In this document: in pieces, positions 40,018-51,214 of the stretch
Position numbering within the stretch: the stretch's first letter is position 1
Layout: the number at the start of each line of letters is the position of its first letter
Assembly (NCBI GenBank): GCA_964344785.1
Contig: CAYFOR010000001.1
Span: 22,723 to 86,722, forward strand
DNA: 64,000 nucleotides
Reading direction: 5' to 3'
Source: an uncultured Piscirickettsiaceae bacterium
GTDB lineage: Bacteria > Pseudomonadota > Gammaproteobacteria > GCF-002020875
Program-made: the position numbers and the translations under genes
Notes under the pieces: model-generated
The model's input: only the letters and a program-made list of their open reading frames with translations
Told to the model about the DNA's origin: nothing
Database searches by the model: none

Positions 40018-41829
40018 TCACTCATGAAATCGATCATAGATTCGCTGCGCAATCTCGCGGTTGATCCCCGGTATCGCCGCCAGATCCTCCACACCGGCCC
40101 GGGCCACCTCCTGCAATCCACCAAAGTGGTTCAACAACTGCTGTCGTCGCTTCGGTCCAACCCCGGAAATTCCCTCCAGCGGGGACTGGTTGCGCTTTTT
40201 CGCACGCCGCTGACGATGCCCGGTAATGGCAAAACGGTGCGCCTCATCACGAATCTGCTGAACCAGTAGTAGTGCGGGTGAATCTCTCTGCAGTGACTGA
40301 GCACTACCGCCATTGAGGAACAGTCGCTCCTGCCCATCCTTGCGGTCCGGCCCCTTGGCCACACCGAGAATGGGCACACCCTCCACCTGCAGCTCTTCCA
40401 GCACCGCATCCGCCTGGGCGCACTGCCCCGCCCCCCCATCGATCAGCAACAGATCGGGCATCTTCCCTTCACCCCGCTTCAGACGGGTGTAACGCCGCTC
40501 CAGTACCTGGCGCATCGCCGCATAGTCATCACCACCGGTAATGGCATCGATATTGAACCGACGATAATCGGACTTCAACGGAACACCGTCTTCAAATACC
40601 ACACAGGAGGCAACCGTCCCCTCTCCCATGGTGTGGCTGATATCGAAACACTCCATCCGCTGCGGCAACTGGTCGAGCTGCAACGCATCCTGGAGTGCTT
40701 CGACGCGTGCCACGGCACTGGCCGCATGAGAGAGACGACTGCTCAATGCCAGTGATGCGTTTTCCTCTGCCATCTTCATCCAGCGGGCACGGTCACCACG
40801 CAATTTATGGTGAATGGAAACCTTGTGACCACACTGCTCGGACAGTACCGCCTGCAGCAGCGCCTGTTGATCTGGCGGGTGGCTGACCAATATCTCCGCA
40901 GGGGGTTGGTGCTCCAGATAGTGCTGGGCAAGGAAGGCGTAGAGTACCTCTGCCTCGCTCTGTCCCTGCACATTCTTTGGAAAGTAGCTCCGGCTCCCCA
41001 GATTCTGCCCATAACGAAAATTGAACAGCTGAATCGCAGCACCACCACCCTGTAGTGAAACGGCCGCCACATCAAGATCCCCTCGCTCGCTACTGATATA
41101 TTGCCGCTCCTGTACCCGGCGCAGACTGGAAATCTGATCCCGCAAGCGAGCCGCCTCCTCGTAGCGCAATGCATCCGCTGCCTGTCCCATCTTCTCTGCC
41201 AGCTCTTCAATCACCTCACCACTTTTACCCTCCAGGAAGAGCACCGCATGGCGCACATCCTGCCGGTAGCGATCTGTGGTTATCAAATCAACACAGGGGG
41301 CGGTGCAGCGCTCGATCTGGTACTGCAAACAGGGACGGGCACGGTTACGAAAGAAGCCATCCTCACACTGCCGCACCGGAAACAGCTTCTGCATCAGACG
41401 CAGACTCTCACGCACGGCACCGGCACTGGGATAGGGCCCGAAGTATCGCCCGTTCCCTCTTCGTGCCCCGCGGTGGAAACCGAGACGTGGAAATTCCTGA
41501 TCTTCAGAGAGATAGATATAGGGGTAACTCTTGTCATCCCGCAACAGAATATTGTATCTCGGCCGATGCTTTTTGATTAGATTGCTCTCAAGAATCAGTG
41601 CCTCATTCTCGGTGTGCGTGGTGATCACCTCAATCGAAGCGACATGTGACATCAGAGCTGCCGTCTTGGGGGCCAATCCGCTGCTGCGAAAGTAGCTAGA
41701 GACACGCTGCTTCAGGTTCCGTGCCTTACCTACATAAAGTATCTCTCCCGATACGCTGAGCATCTGGTAGACTCCAGGGCGTGAGGTCTCTGGTGGCGTT
41801 GGTCTCTGCATAGTCCCGGATGGTATCAT
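40018..41829 (-). CDS. uvrC: Excinuclease ABC subunit C
   Basis: 603 aa; N-terminal GIY-YIG (GVYQMLSVSGEILYVGKARNLKQRV), UvrBC and C-terminal HhH domains; conserved uvrC-pgsA synteny. Confidence 0.9.
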   Translation of the reverse strand: MIPSGTMQRPTPPETSRPGVYQMLSVSGEILYVGKARNLKQRVSSYFRSSGLAPKTAALMSHVASIEVITTHTENEALILESNLIKKHRPRYNILLRDDKSYPYIYLSEDQEFPRLGFHRGARRGNGRYFGPYPSAGAVRESLRLMQKLFPVRQCEDGFFRNRARPCLQYQIERCTAPCVDLITTDRYRQDVRHAVLFLEGKSGEVIEELAEKMGQAADALRYEEAARLRDQISSLRRVQERQYISSERGDLDVAAVSLQGGGAAIQLFNFRYGQNLGSRSYFPKNVQGQSEAEVLYAFLAQHYLEHQPPAEILVSHPPDQQALLQAVLSEQCGHKVSIHHKLRGDRARWMKMAEENASLALSSRLSHAASAVARVEALQDALQLDQLPQRMECFDISHTMGEGTVASCVVFEDGVPLKSDYRRFNIDAITGGDDYAAMRQVLERRYTRLKRGEGKMPDLLLIDGGAGQCAQADAVLEELQVEGVPILGVAKGPDRKDGQERLFLNGGSAQSLQRDSPALLLVQQIRDEAHRFAITGHRQRRAKKRNQSPLEGISGVGPKRRQQLLNHFGGLQEVARAGVEDLAAIPGINREIAQRIYDRFHE

Positions 41830-41837
41830 GCAAAATC

Positions 41838-42428
41838 ATGAGCACTGCCGAGAAGAGCCTGAAGCGGCTTCACCACATTCTGCAACAGAAAACGAACAGC
41901 AAGCCCTATCAACGTACGCTACGCCCACGTCATACACAGTCTGACGTCTACTCACAGTCCTCCATCCCCCCACAGAAAAACCGGAACATCAAGGGGCGCA
42001 AGCCACTCTTCTATCTATCAAAAAGCACAACCAGTAAACAGCTGTTGCAACAGTCCTACCAAATCAAGCGACTGAATGAACAGGTGATGAAACGTGTCGG
42101 CCTCCCCTTCATGGCACATATCCGACTCAGCGCCATCACTTCAACCGGTATTGCCATCTTCCACGCCAATTCACCCGCCTGGCTGTCGAAAGGTCGTTTT
42201 CTTCAACGAAATCTTATCGATCTGCTCCATCAGGAAGGGGCCACCGGAGTAAAACAGGTCAAACTCAAGGTACGCTACCATCATGATTCACAACGCGCTG
42301 CCCATACTGCGTTGAAGCACCCAACCCAATCTACAGCACAACAGTTGGCTGATGAGAGCAGACAGAGCACAGGAAGATTGAGTCAGGCACTACAGCGCCT
42401 TTCCAACACGCTGCTGCGTAGCACATAG
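41838..42428 (+). CDS. Hypothetical basic protein (196 aa), function unknown
   Basis: Open frame with an ATG just past the divergent uvrC start; Lys/Arg/Gln/Ser-rich; no motif recognised. Confidence 0.35.
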   Translation: MSTAEKSLKRLHHILQQKTNSKPYQRTLRPRHTQSDVYSQSSIPPQKNRNIKGRKPLFYLSKSTTSKQLLQQSYQIKRLNEQVMKRVGLPFMAHIRLSAITSTGIAIFHANSPAWLSKGRFLQRNLIDLLHQEGATGVKQVKLKVRYHHDSQRAAHTALKHPTQSTAQQLADESRQSTGRLSQALQRLSNTLLRST

Positions 42429-42582
42429 AGGTTGGTTTTCATTCTGATATCAAACCCTTTCGATTGAGTGTAATTTCACTCCGGGCTGGGAAATGCTGTG
42501 CCAAATCTGCCGACTCCTGCAGCACCCCTACCCGCGTTGGATTAGAATAGGCCGTTTTACCACCCAATCAAAAGGAAAGACC

Positions 42583-43011
42583 ATGTCTCAAGCCACCGAT
42601 GGCAATACCGTAAAGATCCACTACACAGGAACCCTGGATGATGGGTCTGAATTCGACTCTTCTGTAGGTCGGGAACCATTGGAATTCACTATTGGCAGCG
42701 GTCAGGTGATTGTCGGTTTTGACAATGCCTGTCGCGGGATGGCAGTCGGTGAGAAGAAAACCGTGACTCTACCCCCCGAAGAGGCCTACGGCGAGCACAA
42801 CCCCGAGATGGTAACTGAAGTGGACCGATCCATGATGCCGGATGACCTGGAGCCCGAAATCGGCTTGCAGATGCATGCCACCGGGCCGAATGGAGAGATG
42901 GTCAATTTTGTCATTGTCGACTTTACCGACGAGACGGTAACCGTAGATGGAAACCCGCCACTGGCTGGAAAGGCACTCACCTTTGATATCGAGATGATGG
43001 AAATCAGTTAA
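42583..43011 (+). CDS. FKBP-type peptidyl-prolyl cis-trans isomerase (SlyD/FkpB-like, with IF insert)
   Basis: Start at the internal ATG after RBS AAAGGAAAG; [26 protein letters not shown] and the overall FKBP + insert-in-flap layout. Confidence 0.8.
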   Translation: MSQATDGNTVKIHYTGTLDDGSEFDSSVGREPLEFTIGSGQVIVGFDNACRGMAVGEKKTVTLPPEEAYGEHNPEMVTEVDRSMMPDDLEPEIGLQMHATGPNGEMVNFVIVDFTDETVTVDGNPPLAGKALTFDIEMMEIS

Positions 43012-43018
43012 GCCCACG

Positions 43019-44599
<1,581 letters not shown>

Positions 44600-44724
44600 C
44601 CACATCTATCAGATAATAATTATATTAATTTGTTAACATTCAACAAAGTTATTATACAATACAGAGCCAGTTAAGGAGTGAGTCGGTCACCTTACATTTT
44701 CCTCAAACGACTAAGGATATAGAC

Positions 44725-45057
44725 ATGAAAAAGATTATTGCTACGATTGCCCTGGTTGCCGTTGCCTCGAGCGCTTCTGCTTTCTTCGGTGGTGATGACA
44801 ACGAGTCTGGTTATGGTACTGGCTCAGCTGACGCCGCTTTCGACGGAAAGGGCCGTGGTGCTGGCAAAGGCAAGGCTGACGCAGAAGGTAACTTCAGCAT
44901 GACCGTCAACGCATCCGGCAAGGGCTCTTCTGACATGCAGGCTGATATGGACGCTGCCGAAAATGCCCGCTTCAAGGGTGATAGTGACATCCGCACCGAG
45001 TCTCGTCCAGGCTACTACCCATACGCCCCTGCCCCTATGGCGCCTGCTGCACAGTAA
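44725..45057 (+). CDS. Small secreted Gly/Asp/Lys/Ala-rich protein (110 aa) with Sec signal peptide
   Basis: MKKIIATIALVAVASSASA signal peptide; low-complexity mature part; RBS AAGGAT 8 nt upstream; strong terminator immediately downstream. Confidence 0.6.
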   Translation: MKKIIATIALVAVASSASAFFGGDDNESGYGTGSADAAFDGKGRGAGKGKADAEGNFSMTVNASGKGSSDMQADMDAAENARFKGDSDIRTESRPGYYPYAPAPMAPAAQ

Positions 45058-45073
45058 GCAAGTCCACTTCAAT

Positions 45074-45108
45074 AAAACCTCGATGTGGAGACACATCGAG
45101 GTTTTTTC
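45074..45108 (+). terminator. Rho-independent terminator
   Basis: aaaacctcgatgtg-GAGA-cacatcgaggtttt hairpin (10-bp GC-containing stem) followed by a T-run. Confidence 0.6.
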
Positions 45109-45148
45109 TTGTCTGTAATCCAAGTTTTTTGTATGATCTCGCGCCTCT

Positions 45149-45240
45149 GGAGAGATGACAGAGCTGGTTGAATGTACCGGTCTTGAAAACCGGCGTAGGT
45201 TAATAGCCTACCCAGGGTTCGAATCCCTGTCTCTCCGCCA
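45149..45240 (+). tRNA. tRNA-Ser (anticodon UGA), type II, CCA encoded
   Basis: Acceptor GGAGAGA/TCTCTCC, anticodon stem CCGGT/ACCGG with loop CTTGAAA, variable arm GTAGG-TTAATAG-CCTAC, T-loop GGTTCGAATCC. Confidence 0.85.
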
Positions 45241-45251
45241 ACAACACAAGC

Positions 45252-45290
45252 AACCGATTGAAAATCATGTTTTTTTCAATCGGTTTTTTT
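45252..45290 (+). terminator. Hairpin + T-run terminator after tRNA-Ser(UGA)
   Basis: aaccgattgaaaa / ttttcaatcggtt perfect 13-nt inverted repeat followed by TTTTT. Confidence 0.5.
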
Positions 45291-45373
45291 GTATTCACGA
45301 CTGTGCCTAACACTTTATATCCTCTTTAAATTAGTGACGCGCCCAACAATTAGTCCATGAGTACTCATTAAAG

Positions 45374-46489
45374 ATGACCTTTATCACGACCTTCACAGTC
45401 GTTATGGCGTTGATGAACAGTTATATCTATCGCCGCTTTTTCCGCCAGCTCTCTTCCCGTATACATCACTTTGGTGCACTACTGGTTACACTGCTGATGG
45501 GGGCCGAGCTACTGTTTGTAGTGGACCGGCTGACCGGACTTTTGCCAGATTCACTACTGCTCTATATTGTCTCAACCACTGCTGTCGGAATCAGTTTTAT
45601 GCTCTTTGTGGTAGCTGTCGCCTATGACCTGGTCCTCACCACCTCTCGAAAGGTACCGTTTGACCAGGAGCGACGCCACACCATCAAGCTGATGTTCGAT
45701 CTAACCATACTCACTGCAGCCGCCGCCTATCTGTTACGTGGTTTTACCGAAGGTGCGAAACTCCCGTCTATTAACCCGGTAGCCGTTGGGATCAAAGATT
45801 TTCCAGCAGATGGTTTCACCATCGTCCAACTATCCGATGTCCATGTTGGTCACACCATCCGCCGCCCTTTTATGGAAGAGATTGTGGCCCGAGTAAACAG
45901 GCTACAGCCCGATCTGGTAGTAATTACCGGCGACCTGTTTGACCGTACCGCAGCGCGTATTGCTGATGACTTGAAGCCACTGCAAAATATCACTGCACCA
46001 ACCTATTTTGTTACCGGCAACCATGAGTATTTTCGTGGCGTCACGCCAGCACTGGAAATGCTACGTACACTGGATGTCACCCCTCTGACCAACCAGCACC
46101 GAATCATCGAGACCCCAAACGGCCACTTTAATCTGGTCGGCCTCAATGACCTGGTGGGTGAACGCTTCGGAGCAGAACCGTTCGACATTGATGCAGCCTA
46201 TCACGGAGTGAACAGCGATTTACCGACCATTGTCCTCTCTCACCAGCCCAAATCGATACACCACTTTACGGGGAGGCGCTGCGACCTGATGCTGAGTGGC
46301 CACACCCACGGTGGACAGATATTCCCCTTCGGACTGCTGGTAAAGCTGGACCAGCCCTATGCGTCGGGGCTCCATCAGCACGGCCCGGAAACACAGATAT
46401 TCGTCAGCCGGGGTACCGGTTACTGGGGGCCTGCAATCCGCGTCTTGGCTCCAAGCGAAATCAGTCAGATTACCATTAGAGCTGCTTGA
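45374..46489 (+). CDS. Membrane-anchored metallophosphoesterase (YkuE-like)
   Basis: 371 aa; N-terminal TM helices, then the motifs VQLSDVHVG, ITGDLFDR, GNHEYF and GHTHGGQ. Confidence 0.75.
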   Translation: MTFITTFTVVMALMNSYIYRRFFRQLSSRIHHFGALLVTLLMGAELLFVVDRLTGLLPDSLLLYIVSTTAVGISFMLFVVAVAYDLVLTTSRKVPFDQERRHTIKLMFDLTILTAAAAYLLRGFTEGAKLPSINPVAVGIKDFPADGFTIVQLSDVHVGHTIRRPFMEEIVARVNRLQPDLVVITGDLFDRTAARIADDLKPLQNITAPTYFVTGNHEYFRGVTPALEMLRTLDVTPLTNQHRIIETPNGHFNLVGLNDLVGERFGAEPFDIDAAYHGVNSDLPTIVLSHQPKSIHHFTGRRCDLMLSGHTHGGQIFPFGLLVKLDQPYASGLHQHGPETQIFVSRGTGYWGPAIRVLAPSEISQITIRAA

Positions 46490-46697
46490 GTGTACTGACT
46501 GGTTATCCATCCCATTGTCCGCACTTCCGCGGTATCTCCCACCACCTTTTTTCTACTCAATCAGGTTAGGACGTATTGAAAAAATGTCTGATTTTCGTAT
46601 CCTATCCCACCACCTGATAAGTAAAATTTAACGGAACTACAGCATCAACCTGTGTTCTAATTAGACCATTGTTCAGCCAAATTTATTGAGGAATATC

Positions 46698-47387
46698 ATG
46701 AATCCATTGGAACAAGCACTTCCCCGCAGTGAAGAATCGATTCTCGCCACCAACAAGGTATTGAAAAATACCTACCTGTTGCTCTCCGCGTCGCTGATCT
46801 GGACCGCCATGGTTGCAGCGTTGGCGATGGTTACGAATGCCTCTCCCATGGCCGGAATGATCAGCTCCCTGGCTGCCTTGGCCGTACTCTGGTTTGTGAT
46901 GCCGAAGCACGAGCACAAAGCCAGCGGAATTGGCGTGGTTTTCCTGTTCACTGCACTGCTCGGCTACGGTCTTGGTCCTACACTCAGTTACTATGCCGGA
47001 ATCCCGGGTGGTAACCAGATCATCACCACTGCTTTCGGCCTGACCGGAATGATCTTTCTGGGCCTCTCCGGCTTTGTTCTGACAACCAAGAAGGATTTCT
47101 CCTTCATGACCGGCTTCCTGATGTCCGGCATCATGATTGCGTTTTTCGGCTCACTGATCCTGATGGGCGCATCGCTCTTCGGTGTGGATGTCTCGATGGG
47201 CATGCTGGTCATCTCCGGGATGTTTGCCCTGCTCTCCAGTGGTCTGATCCTCTGGGAGACCAGCAATATCGTTAACGGTGGGCAGACCAACTATATTGCG
47301 GCAACCGTCACTCTCTATGTTGCGCTCTACAATCTCTTCACCAGCCTGCTGCATATTCTGATGGCCTTTGCCGGCGGTGATGACTAG
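46698..47387 (+). CDS. Bax-inhibitor-1/YccA-family membrane protein (FtsH modulator-like)
   Basis: Seven hydrophobic segments, ~230 aa, BI-1/YccA-like layout; ATG at 46698 (the track start 46686 is TTG). Confidence 0.75.
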   Translation: MNPLEQALPRSEESILATNKVLKNTYLLLSASLIWTAMVAALAMVTNASPMAGMISSLAALAVLWFVMPKHEHKASGIGVVFLFTALLGYGLGPTLSYYAGIPGGNQIITTAFGLTGMIFLGLSGFVLTTKKDFSFMTGFLMSGIMIAFFGSLILMGASLFGVDVSMGMLVISGMFALLSSGLILWETSNIVNGGQTNYIAATVTLYVALYNLFTSLLHILMAFAGGDD

Positions 47388-47468
47388 TTTGGAATAACCA
47401 CCATCTATCAGTCTGTAGTGGAAACGCCCTCTGTTGAGGGCGTTTCTGCTTTCAGGGATAATGCAGTC

Positions 47469-47693
47469 ATGTCCGAGATGAGCTATTACGATGCGGTCTG
47501 CCGGATGATCGAATTGAATGTCGACCCGGAGTACATGGAGGGCTGGATGGGAGGCTATCTGCGAAACCCTCGTCGACAGGAGCATGAAATCACCCCTGAA
47601 TACTCAAGTGGCTTTGAGGATGGACTGGAGAGAGACACACGCCACTTCTGCAGCTGGGTAATCCCACTATCTACGGATAACACCGCTCCTTAA
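47469..47693 (+). CDS. Small hypothetical protein (74 aa)
   Basis: ATG after AGGGATAA; acidic; no motif; its stop overlaps the stop of convergent dsrS. Confidence 0.3.
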   Translation: MSEMSYYDAVCRMIELNVDPEYMEGWMGGYLRNPRRQEHEITPEYSSGFEDGLERDTRHFCSWVIPLSTDNTAP

Positions 47694-48247
47694 TCCACAT
47701 CAATTCCCACAATACCGCCTATGGATTTCTTCAAGGCTTCAATTGCATCCGGGGCCTCGATATCCATCATCTGATCAATCACCCACTTGTTGTCCTGATC
47801 GTCGCCCATAATCGCACCAACCCGCTCACCAAAGTAGCGAAGAAAATGGTAGCTTGGTCCCTCTTCGCTGTAGCTGAACTCGGCATAATCATTGGCTCGC
47901 TCATTGATAAGTCCTACCAGATCGGTTCTTTCCGGTCCCTCTTCTGCCAAGTCACCATAATTATCGAGCACAATATCGAGGAAACGGTAGGCCATTGCTC
48001 CGACAAACCGGGCACGATCCTCCGCCTCCATCGACTCATAGATCAAACGGTCAGTGACCTGCAGCAGGAAGATCAACATCTCGGTCATCACCTCCATCCC
48101 CTGTACCTTGGAGGTGAAGTAGAAATTCTCATCCTGTAGCCCACGAACACTGCTGAGTGTGATCTTCCAACAGTTATAGGCTAGCGACTCCGCGATCTGC
48201 TTCAGCTCACGGTCACTGTTCTTGTGCCATTTATGGACAATGCGCAT
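47690..48247 (-). CDS. dsrS: DsrS, last gene of the dsr operon (function unknown)
   Basis: 185 aa; assigned by position after dsrR in the conserved dsrABEFHCMKLJOPNRS order. Confidence 0.6.
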   Translation of the reverse strand: MRIVHKWHKNSDRELKQIAESLAYNCWKITLSSVRGLQDENFYFTSKVQGMEVMTEMLIFLLQVTDRLIYESMEAEDRARFVGAMAYRFLDIVLDNYGDLAEEGPERTDLVGLINERANDYAEFSYSEEGPSYHFLRYFGERVGAIMGDDQDNKWVIDQMMDIEAPDAIEALKKSIGGIVGIDVD

Positions 48248-48250
48248 CGT

Positions 48251-48577
48251 CTACAGGCGCTTTTTCTTTTTTGGCGGAACAAAGGTTGGATCATTGGGAT
48301 TGAGCACAATCAGACTCATTTCACCCTCGTCCAGCTCCACATAATCGAGGGTGGCATCATCGAGGTACTCTTCAAGGTCCTGGTTGATAAAGAGTTTCAC
48401 CCCCTCAAACTCGAATTCAAGATCCTTTTCCCGCTTCTCATCAAAACCGATCCCATAGTCATAGCCGCCATCGCCCGCCTCCTTAATGGCAACTCTCAAC
48501 CCCAATTCCTCCTCAATCTCGCCCTGCTCAGCAGAGTGACGGATAAAATCCAATGCGCTATTCGTTACTGTAATCAT
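48251..48577 (-). CDS. dsrR: DsrR, IscA/HesB-like A-type carrier homologue
   Basis: 108 aa with the HesB/IscA fold (MITVTNSALDFI...GLRVAIKEAGDGGYDYGIGFD); the Cys ligands of true IscA are absent in the part seen, as described for DsrR. Confidence 0.7.
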   Translation of the reverse strand: MITVTNSALDFIRHSAEQGEIEEELGLRVAIKEAGDGGYDYGIGFDEKREKDLEFEFEGVKLFINQDLEEYLDDATLDYVELDEGEMSLIVLNPNDPTFVPPKKKKRL

Positions 48578-49932
48578 TCCACGTCCTTGTACTTATGCTG
48601 TCGAACCCGCTCGACAAAATCATTAACCCAGGGATTTTCTCGGGTATTGCGTTGATGAACATACCCTGCCAATAGGTTTTTGTAAACCACTCCATCCCTA
48701 TTTCCATCAATTCCATGACCACGATGGATGGTAAAGGCATACTCTGTACTTTCCGGCAATCCCTCAAGCGAGGAGTAGTGAAACTCATGGGCCGGGCGCT
48801 GATGAACACCATCATGGCTGAAACGTACATAACCTCTGCCTTGCGGCCGTTTATGCATCTGACTGACCGCCGAGACCACCCCCACCATCTCAGCCCGCTC
48901 CCCCCCCCATTCAATGGAGTCGGACAGATACATCAACCCTCCACACTCCGCATAGGTTGGCAGACCATGCTCAATCGCTTCATGGATCTGCTGACGCATC
49001 TTCCGATTGGATGCCAACTGCTTCATATGGGTTTCCGGGAAACCGCCACCGATCAGTAATCCATCCACGGCAGGAAACGTATCATCGTGAATCGGACTGA
49101 ATGGAACCAGCTCTGCGCCTGCCTGCGCAAAGGCCTCCAGGTCAGCCTCATAATAGAAGCCAAACGCTTCATCACGTGCAATGGCAATCCGTAACGGACG
49201 GGATAGATCAGTCGGCACAGAAGAAGGCTCTTTGGAGAAAGAGTCTTGCCCTGTTTCGGTTTTGCAGAGCGATCGCAGCCGTTCCAGATCAACCTGTGAC
49301 TCAATCCGCGTGCGAATCTGATCAATCTTCTGCTGCACACGATCCGCCTCATTACTGGGCACCAAGCCGAGGTGACGCTCAACAATTTCAACCGCTGGAT
49401 CTTTCCCAACCACCCCGAGGATCGGAAGGTCGGTATAGTACTCAACCACCTGTCGAAGTTTCTGCTCGTGTCGACTGCCTGCCGTCTGGTTCAATATCAC
49501 CCCGGCAATCTCGACCTGAGGGTCAAACTGCTGATAACCGATCAATAAAGGCGCTACTCCGCGGGTAATGCCATGGGTATCAATAACCAGCAGCACCGGT
49601 ACCTCCAGGAGTTTTGCCATTGCAGCATTGCTGTCACTACCATCCAGAGAGAGACCATCAAAGAGCCCTTTATTGCCCTCAATCAGAGTCAGATCACTGC
49701 CTGCCTGTTTGGACCGGTAGAGTTCGATAATCTCCTCTTCGGCCATGGTGTAGAAGTCGAGTGTGTGACAGGGAGAAACCGATGCCCTGGAGAGCCACAT
49801 CGGATCGATATAATCCGGCCCCTTCTTGAAAGCGGAAACAGAATGGCCGCGTGCCGCAAAAGCGCCACACAAGCCAATCGTAATCGTGGTCTTGCCTGAG
49901 GATTTATGGGCTGCAGAGAGATAAAGAGACAC
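48574..49932 (-). CDS. dsrN: DsrN, cobyrinate a,c-diamide synthase-like amidase (siroheme amidation)
   Basis: 452 aa; CbiA/CobB N-terminal P-loop AAHKSSGKTTIT and a C-terminal glutamine amidotransferase-like domain. Confidence 0.8.
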   Translation of the reverse strand: MSLYLSAAHKSSGKTTITIGLCGAFAARGHSVSAFKKGPDYIDPMWLSRASVSPCHTLDFYTMAEEEIIELYRSKQAGSDLTLIEGNKGLFDGLSLDGSDSNAAMAKLLEVPVLLVIDTHGITRGVAPLLIGYQQFDPQVEIAGVILNQTAGSRHEQKLRQVVEYYTDLPILGVVGKDPAVEIVERHLGLVPSNEADRVQQKIDQIRTRIESQVDLERLRSLCKTETGQDSFSKEPSSVPTDLSRPLRIAIARDEAFGFYYEADLEAFAQAGAELVPFSPIHDDTFPAVDGLLIGGGFPETHMKQLASNRKMRQQIHEAIEHGLPTYAECGGLMYLSDSIEWGGERAEMVGVVSAVSQMHKRPQGRGYVRFSHDGVHQRPAHEFHYSSLEGLPESTEYAFTIHRGHGIDGNRDGVVYKNLLAGYVHQRNTRENPWVNDFVERVRQHKYKDVE

Positions 49933-49958
49933 CCTGCCGGCCTCAACCGCCTGTCACA

Positions 49959-51185
49959 TCAGCAAGGAACGTCTGCAGCAGAGCGTCGGTCCACATGCTC
50001 CAGATTCAGTGTCTCCGGTACCAGGCGAATCACCTTGATCGCGAACAGGAACAGTGCCAATGCCAGCGCCACACCGCCGAGACCCAACAGAATCTCTGGC
50101 AGGGATGGGGTATAGCTATTGACCCCACCGTCATAGAAACTACTGGTCACCTCTTTACCGGGGAACAGAATCAATGGGTAGGCCTGTCCACCAATCACGA
50201 TACCATAGATCTGGGCAATGCCACCGATGATCACCAGACCGGCTGCAGTCAACAGCGCCTGATAGTTATGATCGAATGCAGAGTGGTAGATCAGCACCAA
50301 TGGAATCACCCCCCCAATCACTACCTGTCCAATCCAGAACAACAGAGTATAGACTCCGCCATCCACCAGGATGAAATATTCGAAGCCATGATGCTCCGCT
50401 GCATATAGATTGGTGATATGAAACACGACGGTAAAATAGAGTACGGCAGCCACGAATACGCCGAACAGATTTTTCAGGCGTACAATCAGATCCGTACTGA
50501 TTGAACGGTTCGTCAGACGGTAGGTCCCAACCAGCAGGATCAGGAAAAAGGCCTTACCGAAGGCAAAGGACATAATGATAAACATCGGTGCCATCAGCGA
50601 GGCATCATACCCCTGTCGCGCCGATAGAAAGCCGAAAATGGAGCCTGTACCGGTTGTCAATGCCAGCCGCCAGAGGAAGGCCGCAGTTCCGGCAACACGG
50701 GTATATTTCTGCATGGCAGGATCAAACATGGTCCAGAGATAGGCCAGAACAATTGCAAAGAAACCGGTATAGAGATAGATATTCCAGGCAAAGATTGATT
50801 TGAAATTATATTGTGTCATCGCAACGATCAGTCGGTCTGCACGCCCCAGATCGAGCACCAGTACGGCCAATCCACCCGCCAGCAGAGTCAATGCAAGAAT
50901 TGCTGACATCCGTGCGAGCGGCTTGTAGATACGCTGATTGAACACAGACGAGATTGAGGCCACATTGAGCGCTCCAGATGCCGCCACAATCAGGAAAATC
51001 GCAAACACGTGGGGTACCCCCCAGACGACCTGGTTATCCATTCCGGTAACATAGTGCCCACTATGCATATAGAAGAAGGACCCGGCAGCCATCAGGATAA
51101 AGAGCCCAAGAACGCCCATCAATCCCCAATAGCCTATACTCCGGCCTTCAATTCCACTATAGATCACCTTTTTTGTTTCATACAT
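49959..51185 (-). CDS. dsrP: DsrP, NrfD/PsrC-like integral membrane subunit
   Basis: 408 aa, ~10 TM helices, follows dsrO. Confidence 0.8.
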   Translation of the reverse strand: MYETKKVIYSGIEGRSIGYWGLMGVLGLFILMAAGSFFYMHSGHYVTGMDNQVVWGVPHVFAIFLIVAASGALNVASISSVFNQRIYKPLARMSAILALTLLAGGLAVLVLDLGRADRLIVAMTQYNFKSIFAWNIYLYTGFFAIVLAYLWTMFDPAMQKYTRVAGTAAFLWRLALTTGTGSIFGFLSARQGYDASLMAPMFIIMSFAFGKAFFLILLVGTYRLTNRSISTDLIVRLKNLFGVFVAAVLYFTVVFHITNLYAAEHHGFEYFILVDGGVYTLLFWIGQVVIGGVIPLVLIYHSAFDHNYQALLTAAGLVIIGGIAQIYGIVIGGQAYPLILFPGKEVTSSFYDGGVNSYTPSLPEILLGLGGVALALALFLFAIKVIRLVPETLNLEHVDRRSAADVPC

Positions 51186-51214
51186 ACAGACTAGCCCTAT
51201 TCGCTGGTTACTGA

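Noticed and set aside
44725-45057. Calling the small secreted protein a bona fide sulfur-globule protein (Sgp).
   Set aside because: Sgp proteins are characterised by regularly spaced Gly/Tyr repeats; this protein has few Tyr and no obvious periodic repeat. It is kept only as a low-confidence hypothesis in the findings.
49959-51185. Alternative identity of the NrfD-like membrane protein as PsrC/polysulfide reductase subunit rather than DsrP.
   Set aside because: Its position between dsrO and dsrN in the complete, collinear dsrABEFHCMKLJOPNRS arrangement makes DsrP the parsimonious call.
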